NCBI GenBank assembly: GCA_042408215.1
Contig: JAYFMW010000006.1
Location: 896,001-960,000 of the forward strand
DNA from: Microcoleus sp.
Lineage (GTDB): Bacteria > Cyanobacteriota > Cyanobacteriia > Cyanobacteriales > Microcoleaceae
Direction of reading: 5' to 3'
Length of the DNA stretch: 64,000 nt
Part shown: in pieces, positions 22,341-32,488 of the stretch
Position numbering within the stretch: position 1 is the stretch's first letter
Layout of the letters: each line of letters starts with the position of its first letter
Made by a program: the position numbers and the translations under genes
Notes under the pieces: model-generated
What the model was told of the DNA's origin: nothing
Databases searched by the model: none
What the model saw: the letters and a program-made list of their open reading frames with translations, nothing else

Positions 22341-24279
22341 ATTGGTGAGAGATTATTAGTTATTGGTAGCAGCTAACCAATAACTAATAACCAATAACAA
22401 ATAACCAATAACAACATCCTAATAACCAGCATTTTTCAACTCTTCTTTGAGCATTTGTCGGTAGACTTTCGGCAAACTAGAACTCATAGAATTGTTCTCA
22501 ATGCCATAGCCCAAACTCGTCCAGGTTCCCGACAGCATCCGCAATACCTGACTTAATTTTTCCGATCGCAGCATCTCAGAAATATCAGCTTTCCAAAACT
22601 TGCGATCGCTCAACCAAGCATAAACCACAGCATCCTGATATTCTGGCTCAAAACTGTAATCTTGCCACATCATAAAATTAGCAGGTTTCGGGTGATAGCG
22701 CTTAGCCTTATCCTTCCAAGTCGAACTCAAAAATTGATACCTACCCGCCGCCGTAGTACAGTTACCCCGATTCGGGCCATTCACAATCGTCACGCACCAG
22801 TCAGGATGGTGACTCAAATCTAATATGTATTTGCCACCATAAACAACATGATAAGGTCGAGAAACATTCGACTCGCTAGCAGAAATAGTTCGCATCAGCG
22901 CCCGAATGTAAGGATCGCCCGCTTTCATAGCTAGTGGCGGCAATTTGCGAACCTCACTTGCTTGGGGAGATAACGGCGGCAAACCCCGCCAACTGACAGC
23001 CAAAAAAACAGCGCCGCCAATCACAGCGCCGATTAATATTAGAAATCCCAGGATTTGAATTTCCGATCGCCTCAGCAAACCCCCCGGTTGACGGCGGAAT
23101 TGTTGAGCTTGCAGCCAACTCATTTCCATTTCAGCAATTTCGGCCAATTTTGTAGCAGCCCGCATCCGGCGCACCCGGAAATCGTGTTGATATAGTGGCG
23201 CAGCCAACAGCGTCAAACTCGACAAAGCCCCAGCCAATCTAAGCAGCCAGAAATCGAATTCACCAGCTAATGCAACTTTTGCATTGGTCATTGGTCATTA
23301 GTCATTGGTCATTGGTCATTAGTCATTAGTCATTGGTGATTGGTGAGAGATTATTAGTTATTGGTAGCAGCTAACCAATAACTAATAACCAATAACAAAT
23401 AACCAATAACAACATCCTAATAACCAGCATTTTTCAACTCTTCTTTGAGCATTTGTCGGTAGACTTTCGGCAAACTAGAACTCATAGAATTGTTCTCAAT
23501 GCCATAGCCCAAACTCGTCCAGGTTCCCGACAGCATCCGCAATACCTGACTTAATTTTTCCGATCGCAGCATCTCAGAAATATCAGCTTTCCAAAACTTG
23601 CGATCGCTCAACCAAGCATAAACCACAGCATCCTGATATTCTGGCTCAAAACTGTAATCTTGCCACATCATAAAATTAGCAGGTTTCGGGTGATAGCGCT
23701 TAGCCTTATCCTTCCAAGTCGAACTCAAAAATTGATACCTACCCGCCGCCGTAGTACAGTTACCCCGATTCGGGCCATTCACAATCGTCACGCACCAGTC
23801 AGGATGGTGACTCAAATCTAATATGTATTTGCCACCATAAACAACATGATAAGGTCGAGAAACATTCGACTCGCTAGCAGAAATAGTTCGCATCAGCGCC
23901 CGAATGTAAGGATCGCCCGCTTTCATAGCTAGTGGCGGCAATTTGCGAACCTCACTTGCTTGGGGAGATAACGGCGGCAAACCCCGCCAACTGACAGCCA
24001 AAAAAACAGCGCCGCCAATCACAGCGCCGATTAATATTAGAAATCCCAGGATTTGAATTTCCGATCGCCTCAGCAAACCCCCCGGTTGACGGCGGAATTG
24101 TTGAGCTTGCAGCCAACTCATTTCCATTTCAGCAATTTCGGCCAATTTTGTAGCAGCCCGCATCCGGCGCACCCGGAAATCGTGTTGATATAGTGGCGCA
24201 GCCAACAGCGTCAAACTCGACAAAGCCCCAGCCAATCTAAGCAGCCAGAAATCGAATTCACCAGCTAATGCAACTTTTG
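22284..24279. repeat. 998-bp direct tandem duplication
   Basis: 22284-23281 matches 23282-24279. The stop codons at 22419 and 23417 are offset by 998. Confidence 0.9.
22419..23291 (-). CDS. 5'-truncated duplicate of the lysozyme-like muramidase gene
   Basis: Identical to the C-terminal 286 aa of 23417..24703. Its ATG is supplied by the STRR. Confidence 0.5.
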   Translation of the reverse strand: MTNAKVALAGEFDFWLLRLAGALSSLTLLAAPLYQHDFRVRRMRAATKLAEIAEMEMSWLQAQQFRRQPGGLLRRSEIQILGFLILIGAVIGGAVFLAVSWRGLPPLSPQASEVRKLPPLAMKAGDPYIRALMRTISASESNVSRPYHVVYGGKYILDLSHHPDWCVTIVNGPNRGNCTTAAGRYQFLSSTWKDKAKRYHPKPANFMMWQDYSFEPEYQDAVVYAWLSDRKFWKADISEMLRSEKLSQVLRMLSGTWTSLGYGIENNSMSSSLPKVYRQMLKEELKNAGY

Positions 24280-24703
24280 TCAGAGTAGATATTCCTGCTA
24301 GCAATTCCCCCGGATTAAGCGATCGCGCCTGCCAATAAAAAATCGCAACTTGCACCAGCAGCGACAGATTAAATGCCAGAAAGATTACTACTAGAGCATT
24401 CAAACCTTCCCGGAAGTGCGATCGAATACCAGTATGTCGGCGCTGGAACTTACCTGCTATGTGAAAGCGGCCAGGTAGCAGAGTTAGTATGGGATTTAAG
24501 ATGGTGACGGCTAAAAAGTGAACAACAAAGAACAAAGGTAACTGAATTAGCCAAGCAGTTAGCAATAGAGTCAAAAAGCTCAGATCGTCATTGACTAAAG
24601 GAATGCCCCTGTTCACTACAAAACTAAAACTCTGAGCGAGGACAAATGCCCTTAACCAGGAAATCGGATAGGGGAACCAAGCTGGCCACTTGAGAGTTTT
24701 CAT
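23417..24703 (-). CDS. Membrane protein fused to a lambda-lysozyme-like (GH24/GH104) muramidase
   Basis: N-terminal TM helices. C-terminal ALMRTISASE...TAAGRYQFLSSTW...FEPEYQD...WTSL. Confidence 0.8.
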   Translation of the reverse strand: MKTLKWPAWFPYPISWLRAFVLAQSFSFVVNRGIPLVNDDLSFLTLLLTAWLIQLPLFFVVHFLAVTILNPILTLLPGRFHIAGKFQRRHTGIRSHFREGLNALVVIFLAFNLSLLVQVAIFYWQARSLNPGELLAGISTLTKVALAGEFDFWLLRLAGALSSLTLLAAPLYQHDFRVRRMRAATKLAEIAEMEMSWLQAQQFRRQPGGLLRRSEIQILGFLILIGAVIGGAVFLAVSWRGLPPLSPQASEVRKLPPLAMKAGDPYIRALMRTISASESNVSRPYHVVYGGKYILDLSHHPDWCVTIVNGPNRGNCTTAAGRYQFLSSTWKDKAKRYHPKPANFMMWQDYSFEPEYQDAVVYAWLSDRKFWKADISEMLRSEKLSQVLRMLSGTWTSLGYGIENNSMSSSLPKVYRQMLKEELKNAGY

Positions 24704-24904
24704 GGAAAATCAATCGATTTGAGATTTGAGATTTGAGATGGGAGGCGGGCTTGCAACAGGCTGGACGGCCTGTTCCACAATACATTAGTTCGCGATCGCA
24801 TGGGGGCCGAGAAACCGGGTTTTTTTACGAAAAGACGGGTTGTAGCCCCCAGATTCAGTAAAAAACCCGGTTTCTTTAATCAAAGTGCGTCCAGGACTAT
24901 TCCA

Positions 24905-25564
24905 TCAAACCACACCCGCAAACAATTCCAGAAAACTCTTTTCCGTCGCCTCCGACTTCGCCACAATCTCCACAAGCTTATTGCGAGAAGCCGGCTCAAA
25001 TAGAGCCTCCACACACACTTGAGCTACCTTAGTGCGGGGAATACTACCATCTGATAGTTTGTCCGCTGACTCCATGACGATCGCATTAGAATTATCTTCA
25101 TTTTTGAGACCGCCTGGACGGACAATAGTGTAAGTTAGCCCACTTTTTTGCAAATATTCCTCAGCTTGCTTCTTCCAAACCAAAATCAACCAGAACAAAT
25201 TCAGCGGGTGGAAAAAGTTAGACACGCACAGAGAAGTCACCAGCACAAAATGCTCAATTCCCTTAGCCTTAGCTGCATCCACCAAATTTTTAGTTCCCTC
25301 AAAATCCACCCGATAAGGCGCTGTCGGGTCAAAACCAGGGGCTGCACCCGTCGCGCAGAGCAATACCGTACTATCACCGATGGCATCACTGAGAGATGTA
25401 GCATTTAATACATCTCCCGTGACTAACTCAGCTTCCGGGGGTAAAATTTGCCTAGCTGTCTCTAAATTACGGACTAGAGCACGTACGGGAATCCCGCGCT
25501 TTACCAATTCAGTGACAATTCGGCGTCCAGTCTGGCCTGTGGCTCCTGCTACAAATGCTTTCAT
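24905..25564 (-). CDS. NAD(P)H-binding atypical SDR (NmrA/Ycf39/Tic62-like)
   Basis: VAGATGQTG Rossmann motif, SGLTYTIVRPGGL, IPRTKVA. Confidence 0.88.
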   Translation of the reverse strand: MKAFVAGATGQTGRRIVTELVKRGIPVRALVRNLETARQILPPEAELVTGDVLNATSLSDAIGDSTVLLCATGAAPGFDPTAPYRVDFEGTKNLVDAAKAKGIEHFVLVTSLCVSNFFHPLNLFWLILVWKKQAEEYLQKSGLTYTIVRPGGLKNEDNSNAIVMESADKLSDGSIPRTKVAQVCVEALFEPASRNKLVEIVAKSEATEKSFLELFAGVV

Positions 25565-25919
25565 CAGAAAATTGGGTTTGAAACCCCGTCCTTTTAGGAC
25601 GGCTTTGCTTGATTTGATAAATTAGTTGCCTACCTCTTTCGAGGCGGAGGGGTATGGTTGCCCCTCCTTTGGAGATATGGTTGTCTCCAGTCCCTTTCGG
25701 GTAAAGTTCGCTTCGCCAATGTTATAAGAGCTTGTTAGGCTGAAAGCACTGTTCCAGTGACCTTAGAACTGTTTAACTAGCAGCGACAGAGCAAGGGACT
25801 AGCGTCGCATCCCAGGGTGTCGTGACTCAAATAACGTAGTCAGCTAAGACTTAGGCTGGTCAGAATGGCTTGTTCGATTACTCTTGCAAGCCCCGTCCCT
25901 TAAGGGCGGGGTTCCTGAC
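25565..25919 (-). mobile_element. Non-autonomous IS200/IS605 element carrying an IscB-type omegaRNA and no ORF (355 bp)
   Basis: The end TGGGTTTGAAACCCCGTCCTTTTAGGACGGCTTT is nearly identical to the left ends of the two tnpB elements. The other end is CAAGCCCCG...CGGGGTTCCTGAC. No target duplication. Confidence 0.85.
25670..25919 (-). ncRNA. HEARO / IscB omegaRNA scaffold (3' boundary approximate)
   Basis: Minus strand: GTCAGGAACCCC..GGGGCTTG..CTGACCAGCCTAAG..CTACGTT..CACCCTGGGATGC..CTAGTCCC..CTCTG..GTTAAACAG..AACATTGGCGAAG..TTACC. This block order is characteristic of HEARO RNAs. Confidence 0.8.
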
Positions 25920-26049
25920 AAATCGAGTTATCCTGAACTAGGGTATGTTTTGTTGCTACCAGCAAGTTTCCATTCTCAATTGTAGGGAGTTTCCTCCCTT
26001 GCCACATCCCCAACCCGAGTAATAGGCGTGTATTAAAGGAGAGCGAACC

Positions 26050-26763
26050 ATGAAGCAGGATTCCGCCGAATATCCAACCGTTGAGGCTTCCGATCAACTT
26101 TGGTATCCAGATTCGAGTTTCCAGCCAACGGAAAGTGAAGGTGCAGATGTAGCCGAGTCAGTTGAGCAGACTTGGTTTCGCACCCATTTTGAAGACAGCA
26201 TGGAGATGTATGCGGATGCTGAGACGGTGGCCAAGCATTTTAACAATCACAAGAGTTGGTTTAGTAAGTGCGCTTTGCCGATGAAGGCAGAATCGATCGG
26301 AGAAAATGGCTACGATTTATTAATCGGCCGTTTTGGTGCTTTCGGCTACCGCGTTGAAGTCAGAATTGGTTTAGAACTACTACCTCCTGATGCCGAAGGG
26401 TGCTATTTGATTAGAACAATTCCGGTTCCGAATTATACGCCACCCGGATATGAAGTTAATTTTTGCTCCGCGATGAATTTGGTGGAAATACCTGCTGACG
26501 AGTTTGCCACAAATTGGCCGACTTCCGAGCGTTCTAAGTTGCCACCTGTGATTACCAGTGCTGCGTGGAAGCTGGATTTAGCAGTAGGAGTTCACTTTCC
26601 GAAGTTTATTCTATCCATGTCTGAATCTTTAATTCAAAAAACCGGCGAGGGAGTTTTGGAAAAAATTATCAAACAAGTTAACCGCCGCTTGACTTATAAA
26701 ACTCAGCTGGTTTTTCACGAAAGTTTGGGAATTCCTTTTCCTCAAAAACCCAAAAAACATTAA
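26050..26763 (+). CDS. DUF1997 family protein
   Basis: WFSKCALPMKAE..GYDLLIGRFGAFGYRVE..LELLP, a cyanobacterial conserved family. Confidence 0.7.
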   Translation: MKQDSAEYPTVEASDQLWYPDSSFQPTESEGADVAESVEQTWFRTHFEDSMEMYADAETVAKHFNNHKSWFSKCALPMKAESIGENGYDLLIGRFGAFGYRVEVRIGLELLPPDAEGCYLIRTIPVPNYTPPGYEVNFCSAMNLVEIPADEFATNWPTSERSKLPPVITSAAWKLDLAVGVHFPKFILSMSESLIQKTGEGVLEKIIKQVNRRLTYKTQLVFHESLGIPFPQKPKKH

Positions 26764-26904
26764 TTTCGCTCCCTCTTAAATCTCTCAAACTAAGAGGGGT
26801 GATAGTTTTGATTTTTGAGTTTTGGTCAGGAGAATAATTTTGAGTTTTGAGTTTTGAGTAGATGAGAATTTTCCCTCATCCTTCTGACTTCTGACTTCTG
26901 ACTT

Positions 26905-27549
26905 TTAAGCTGCTGTCAAAATTTGCTCTCTCAACTTCCCAATCAACTCATTCACCCCCCCCGTATTCAAACGGTAACTCAAAGGATGGCCAATCAAATA
27001 AGCCGAACTTTCAAACAAAACGTCAATCTCCACCAAACCATTTTCCTGCAAAGTTTTGCCCGTCGCCACCAAATCCACGATCGCCTCCGACATTCCCGTG
27101 ATCGGCCCCAATTCCACAGAACCGTAAAGCGGCACAATTTCCACCGGCAAATTCAAATTGTGAAAATATTCCCTTGCACAGTGGACGAATTTAGAAGCAA
27201 CTCTACCATGAGGCGGCAAGTCCACAGTTCTGCGGTAAGAACTAGATTCTTTCACCGCCACCGACAGCCGACATTCACCAAATTTTAAATCTATTAAATT
27301 TGCAACCTTCGGCTGTTTTTCCCGCAAAACATCATAACCAGCAATCCCCAAATCCGCTTGACCGTATTCCACATAAACCGGCACATCATGGGTTCTGACT
27401 AGCAAAGCTTTTGCAGTTCCGGTAGGGTCGTAAATTTGAAGTTGGCGGTTAGATGAATCTAGAAAAGCACTGAAGTCTAATCCAACAGATTTGAACAGTC
27501 TAATGCTATCTGCTAACAGTCCACCTTTGGGAAGTGCTACGGTAATCAT
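26905..27549 (-). CDS. hisG: ATP phosphoribosyltransferase (short form)
   Basis: [48 protein letters not shown]. Confidence 0.95.
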   Translation of the reverse strand: MITVALPKGGLLADSIRLFKSVGLDFSAFLDSSNRQLQIYDPTGTAKALLVRTHDVPVYVEYGQADLGIAGYDVLREKQPKVANLIDLKFGECRLSVAVKESSSYRRTVDLPPHGRVASKFVHCAREYFHNLNLPVEIVPLYGSVELGPITGMSEAIVDLVATGKTLQENGLVEIDVLFESSAYLIGHPLSYRLNTGGVNELIGKLREQILTAA

Positions 27550-27658
27550 AAAAATACTCGGTAAGTGGGAAACTCTGAGTCTTCAGACTTGAGAGGGAAA
27601 CGACTTTTTCCTAGACTACAATAGCACAAATTGTTCCAATCTAAAATCTAAAATCAGA

Positions 27659-28345
27659 ATGCGGATTCTTTTAGTTGATGATGAAGTTGAGTTGACTGAC
27701 CCCTTGAGTCGAGTTTTAACCCGCGAGGGTTATACGGTTGATGTGGCTTTTGACGGCGCAAGTGGCAGCAATTTAGCAAGGCTGGGCAATTATGATTTGC
27801 TAATTTTGGATTGGATGTTGCCGAAACAAACAGGATTGGCAATTTGTCAACAATTGCGATCGCAAGGACGGAATACACCAGTGCTATTTCTCACCGCTAA
27901 AGATACTCTAGACGATCGCGTACAAGGACTGGATGCCGGTGCTGACGACTATCTGGTCAAACCTTTTGAATTGCGAGAACTGCTGGCCAGAGTCCGCGCC
28001 TTGCTGCGGCGACCTCCTACTTTTGATGCCGATGTGACTGTCGGGCGGCTGCAAGTTGCAGATTTAGAACTCGATTACGACAATCAATTAGCTTATCGGG
28101 GCGATCGCACAATTGATTTATCAGAAAAAGAATGTCAGTTGTTAGAATATTTCATGCGTCATCCCGGTCAATTGCTGACACACGAACAAATTCACCAATA
28201 TTTGTGGAGCGAAGCCGAAAAACCGAGTAGCAATGTATTAGCAGCTCAGATTCGCCTGCTGCGCCGCAAAATAGAAGCTCCCGGCGAATCGGTGCTAATT
28301 CACACTGTTTACGGCAGAGGATATCGCTTTGGAGAAGGAAGTTAA
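27659..28345 (+). CDS. rppA: OmpR-family response regulator (RppA-like)
   Basis: Receiver domain (LVDDE, LDWMLP, GADDYLVKPF) plus winged helix (IHTVYGRGY). Confidence 0.75.
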   Translation: MRILLVDDEVELTDPLSRVLTREGYTVDVAFDGASGSNLARLGNYDLLILDWMLPKQTGLAICQQLRSQGRNTPVLFLTAKDTLDDRVQGLDAGADDYLVKPFELRELLARVRALLRRPPTFDADVTVGRLQVADLELDYDNQLAYRGDRTIDLSEKECQLLEYFMRHPGQLLTHEQIHQYLWSEAEKPSSNVLAAQIRLLRRKIEAPGESVLIHTVYGRGYRFGEGS

Positions 28346-28364
28346 ATAGGACTTATACCAATTT

Positions 28365-29265
28365 AATGGGTCGTTGCACATATTCCGATCCCCCTAAATC
28401 CCCCTTCTTAAGGGGAGTAGGGGTTGACTTTGATTGGACTCTTGTCCCCCCCTTAAGAAGGGGGGTTAGGGGGGATCGAATTCTATGCAGCTTCATAAAA
28501 AATTGGTATTACATAAAAAACCCGGTTTCTAGGAAAACTTGTGCAATGGGTCGTTGCACATATTCCGATCCCCCTAAATCCCCCTTCTTAAGGGGAGTAG
28601 GGGTTGACTTTGATTGGACTCTTGTCCCCCCCTTAAGAAGGGGGGTTAGGGGGGATCGAATTCTATGCAGCTTCATAAAAAATTGGTATTACATAAAAAA
28701 CCCGGTTTCTAGGAAAACTTGTGCAATGGGTCGTTGCACATATTCCGATCCCCCTAAATCCCCCTTCTTAAGGGGAGTAGGGGTTGACTTTGATTGGACT
28801 CTTGTCCCCCCCTTAAGAAGGGGGGTTAGGGGGGATCGAATTCTATGCAGCTTCATAAAAAATTGGTATTACATAAAAAACCCGGTTTCTAGGAAAACTT
28901 GTGCAATGGGTCGTTGCACATATTCCGATCCCCCTAAATCCCCCTTCTTAAGGGGAGTAGGGGTTGACTTTGATTGGACTCTTGTCCCCCCCTTAAGAAG
29001 GGGGGTTAGGGGGGATCGAATTCTATGCAGCTTCATAAAAAATTGGTATTACATAAAAAACCCGGTTTCTAGGAAAACTTGTGCAATGGGTCGTTGCACA
29101 TATTCCGATCCCCCTAAATCCCCCTTAAGATGGGGAGTAGGGGTTGACTTTGATTGGACTCTTGTCCCCCCCTTAAGAAGGGGGGTTAGGGGGGATCGAA
29201 TTCTATGCAGCTTCATAAAAAATTGGTATTACATAAAAAACCCGGTTTCTAGGAAAACTTGTGCA
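28365..29265. repeat. 180-bp tandem array, 5 near-identical copies
   Basis: Units start at 28365, 28545, 28725, 28905 and 29085. They contain the GATCCCCCTAAATCCCCCTT...AAGGGGGGTTAGGGGGGATC inverted repeat. Confidence 0.95.
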
Positions 29266-29378
29266 TCGAAGCGAGAGATATTGACACAGAAACCTGGTTT
29301 TTGGCCTCGCATAGGGTTAATCTGAGATCTTGTATGATGATCGAGAACAGGCTTTTCGGCCTGTTCCACAAAATTAAG

Positions 29379-30209
29379 TCATGGACAAATTAAAGTAATT
29401 ACTGTCACTTCCGGCGGACAAAATAGCCGGCCGGGCGGGTAAGTTCCCAAACCGCGATTCACGTACAGCAAATTACTGCCAACTTGATGCAAACCGCTGG
29501 CCCATTCCCAGTGAATAACTACTCGATCGCAAGCTGAGATCAAAGGAATCCACTTTCGCACTGGTTGAGGAATAGCATAGCCAATTTTTCTTACCCAAGC
29601 ATACAGAGGCCCGATACCGGGAATAACTATTTGACCACCGTGAGTGTGTCCCGACAATTGCAAATCAATCCGGTATTTTTGCAGATTTTCAGCAGTATCG
29701 GGATTGTGAGACAATACAATTCGAGGAATTTCTAGATCGACCGATGCCATGACAGCTTCAGGTTTGAAATCGCCCGACCAAAAATCCGCTAATCCGACTA
29801 AAGCTAATTCTGACCCCAAAGGATAGATTGCTTCGTTGTACAAAACTCGAATGCCGACACTATTTAAAGCATTAGCAACTTCGATTTTTGCCCCCGGGAA
29901 ATAGTGGTCGTGGTTGCCCAAAACAGCGTAAATTCCCAGCCGAGTTTGTAAGTGTTTTAATCGTTTTACTAAGCCGTAAATCGGCGCAGTTTCCCAAGTA
30001 ATAAAATCCCCGGTTAATAAAATTAAGTCTGCTTCAGCTTCATTAGCCGCAGCGATCGCCTCTTCTAGCAACCATTCCGACAGCCGCATCCCGTCATAGT
30101 GAAAGTCTGTCAGTTGTACGAGTTTAGTACCCGATAGATTTGCTGGAAGATTGGCGATCGGTATTGTTAAATGTTCTACCCGCAGTTTGCCAGTTAATAA
30201 CCTGTGCAT
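29379..30209 (-). CDS. Metallophosphoesterase (YkuE-like)
   Basis: DFH, GD, GNHD, SHNPD and GHTHGGQ motifs. Confidence 0.9.
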   Translation of the reverse strand: MHRLLTGKLRVEHLTIPIANLPANLSGTKLVQLTDFHYDGMRLSEWLLEEAIAAANEAEADLILLTGDFITWETAPIYGLVKRLKHLQTRLGIYAVLGNHDHYFPGAKIEVANALNSVGIRVLYNEAIYPLGSELALVGLADFWSGDFKPEAVMASVDLEIPRIVLSHNPDTAENLQKYRIDLQLSGHTHGGQIVIPGIGPLYAWVRKIGYAIPQPVRKWIPLISACDRVVIHWEWASGLHQVGSNLLYVNRGLGTYPPGRLFCPPEVTVITLICP

Positions 30210-30410
30210 AAATCTAAGGTTTTTGACAGAGTGCAATTTCTAGTTTAACAAATAATCGGAATGATTAAACCGCGAAGACACAAAGAGCGCGAAGGAAGAA
30301 GATGCTCCATTCTTCCTTCGCGTCCGCGTGCCTCGCGGTTCATTTAATCTTACTGCATATTCTTTTTTTTAGCCGTTGCCGATCAACTCTTCAATTCTCT
30401 AATCTCAAAT

Positions 30411-31370
30411 CTATTGACAGATTCCCATTAATGTGCATTCCCAAACCAATCGTGGCTGTACATAATTTAGCAAATATTGTCGAGCTTTTTCTAAGGGCTC
30501 TAAGGGCGATCGACTAATTTTCCCTGCTAAAAATTGCTGCCAGTAACAGTGCTGTAAATAATCGATTAACCATAACTGAGATTCAGTATCCAAAGTTTTA
30601 TCAATTTCCTTAGCCAATTCCAAAGCCGATCGCAGATTTTGAGGAAACTGCTTCACCTTTTGCAGCAAATCATCCGGCATAGATTGCAGTTGCTGCCAAA
30701 TAGCAATTGCCTCTCCAGGACTGCCCTGAGCCATTCCCATTACCTCGGAATGCGACAAAATTTCTCCGAATCCCCCTTGCTGCAATACCAGTGCCATAGC
30801 TGCGGGATTCAGTCGATTAAACTGGATTTTTTGACACCGCGAAATCAAAGTTGGCAGCAAAGATTCCACAGTCGGAGCAATTAAAATTAGCGCGGCTTTT
30901 CCCGGTTCTTCCAAAGTTTTTAATAGGCCATTAGCTGCCCCCTCACCCATTGTTTCTGCCTGTGACAAAACGACAATAGAACGGGCAGCTTCTAGGGGTG
31001 GTCTACTTAGAAAATCACCGATTTCTCGCACCTGTTCTAATCGAATTTGTGGTGGTGCTTTGCGCTTTAAACCAGTTGATTCAGCTTCCTTTATTGAAAG
31101 TCGCTTGCCTTGGTTCATGTAAGTTGGTTCTACCCAAAGCAAATCTGGATGATTTCGCTGCTGCACGCGATTTTGTACGGAGGCTATTAATCGTGGTTCG
31201 GCCAGATGGGCTGAGAATAATAGCTCTATAAAATACTTAGCAGCTAAACTCTTTCCGATGCCGTTAGAGCCGACAAATAAATAGCCGGGAGCAATGCGGT
31301 TTTGAGAGACTGCTTGAGTCAGCAATTCTACTGCTTGGTTTTGTCCAATTAATGATGCAAAATAATCCAT
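30411..31370 (-). CDS. holB: DNA polymerase III subunit delta'
   Basis: HPDLLWVEP, AANGLLKTLEEP, LLPTLISRCQ. Downstream of tmk. Confidence 0.92.
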   Translation of the reverse strand: MDYFASLIGQNQAVELLTQAVSQNRIAPGYLFVGSNGIGKSLAAKYFIELLFSAHLAEPRLIASVQNRVQQRNHPDLLWVEPTYMNQGKRLSIKEAESTGLKRKAPPQIRLEQVREIGDFLSRPPLEAARSIVVLSQAETMGEGAANGLLKTLEEPGKAALILIAPTVESLLPTLISRCQKIQFNRLNPAAMALVLQQGGFGEILSHSEVMGMAQGSPGEAIAIWQQLQSMPDDLLQKVKQFPQNLRSALELAKEIDKTLDTESQLWLIDYLQHCYWQQFLAGKISRSPLEPLEKARQYLLNYVQPRLVWECTLMGICQ

Positions 31371-31372
31371 AA

Positions 31373-32035
31373 TCAAGATGCAAAACTCTTTAAATATCCC
31401 CAAGCTGCTAAAGAGCGACTTAAAATAGCTTGAATTTCCTGGGCGACCTCATCTTCAGTGCGATCGGCATTGATGCGGATAATTCGATCGGGATTTTGTC
31501 GAGCCAACTCCGCAAAACCTTGCTGCACCCTGCGGTGAAACTCCACATCAGCTTGCTCGATGCGATCGCGCTCTCCCCTAGCCCTTACCCTCGCCAAACC
31601 CACCTCCACATTAATATCCAGCCAGAAAGTTAAATCACTTTGCAAGCCACCGGTAGCAATGGCGTTCAGTTGCTGAATTAAATCCAAGTCAAGACCGCGG
31701 CCGTAGCCCTGATAAGCAATAGTAGAATCAGTAAAGCGATCGCACAAAACCATCGTCCCCAAGGCCAACTGCGGTTTGAGAAAAGTTTCGACGTGCTGAG
31801 TGCGATCGGCAGCATACATCAGTAATTCCGCTCGATCTGATACTAATTCCCCCTCACCCTGATCCAGCAATAACCGTCTTAGTCCCTTTCCTAGCTCAGT
31901 ACCCCCAGGCTCACGAGTAGCAACCAAACTGGTGCTTAGAAAGCAGCTTGCTTGCAGCCAATGTATCAACCGCTGCATTTGCGTAGTTTTTCCCGCACCT
32001 TCAACCCCTTCAAACACGATCAGTCTCCCGTCCAT
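31373..32035 (-). CDS. tmk: Thymidylate kinase
   Basis: FEGVEGAGKTTQ, TREPGGT, DRFTDSTIAYQGYGRG. Confidence 0.95.
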   Translation of the reverse strand: MDGRLIVFEGVEGAGKTTQMQRLIHWLQASCFLSTSLVATREPGGTELGKGLRRLLLDQGEGELVSDRAELLMYAADRTQHVETFLKPQLALGTMVLCDRFTDSTIAYQGYGRGLDLDLIQQLNAIATGGLQSDLTFWLDINVEVGLARVRARGERDRIEQADVEFHRRVQQGFAELARQNPDRIIRINADRTEDEVAQEIQAILSRSLAAWGYLKSFAS

Positions 32036-32140
32036 TGCCTTGCCTTTCAATTTCAATAAAATAAATCGTTATTGTACCGTAGATCTCGTCTATGTTCGCT
32101 ATGATGATAAGGTCTAAATGCCTCACGGCTGGAGTTTTCT

Positions 32141-32488
32141 ATGGCTCGTTATACTGGTTTTTTTATCGTTGCTGTTCCCATCGACCATCTCCGTCAATCC
32201 TTGATTGAGATTTTAGAGTCATGCAATCTTGATATTATCTACAATACAGGAGATTCTCTCATGGCTCGCGAACTTCGCAGTCAAGTTTCGCTTCCGAAGC
32301 GAGTCACCGCAGAAGTCCTAATTAAGAAAAACACGAGCAGCGACTCAGAGGTTCGCATCAACTTCGTGATTAAAAACGAGGAACTGCCCTTCCAAACCAA
32401 CAACCACTGCCGTCAAATGTTCGATCTAGTCAGTGATTCGATTATCAACAACCGCAACTGGCGGCTCTTAGAAAGCATGGCACTTTAG
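32141..32488 (+). CDS. Conserved cyanobacterial hypothetical protein
   Basis: MARYT...KNEELP...NHCRQMF, with GGAG upstream. Confidence 0.7.
   Translation: MARYTGFFIVAVPIDHLRQSLIEILESCNLDIIYNTGDSLMARELRSQVSLPKRVTAEVLIKKNTSSDSEVRINFVIKNEELPFQTNNHCRQMFDLVSDSIINNRNWRLLESMAL

Noticed and set aside
25900..26097. 65-aa ORF as iscB or a leader peptide
   Set aside because: It has no PLMP/HNH/RuvC motifs and merely overlaps the element end and the DUF1997 start.
28366..29325. 319-aa repeat protein or CRISPR array
   Set aside because: The ORF is a by-product of a stop-free 180-bp REP-derived unit, and there are no unique spacers.
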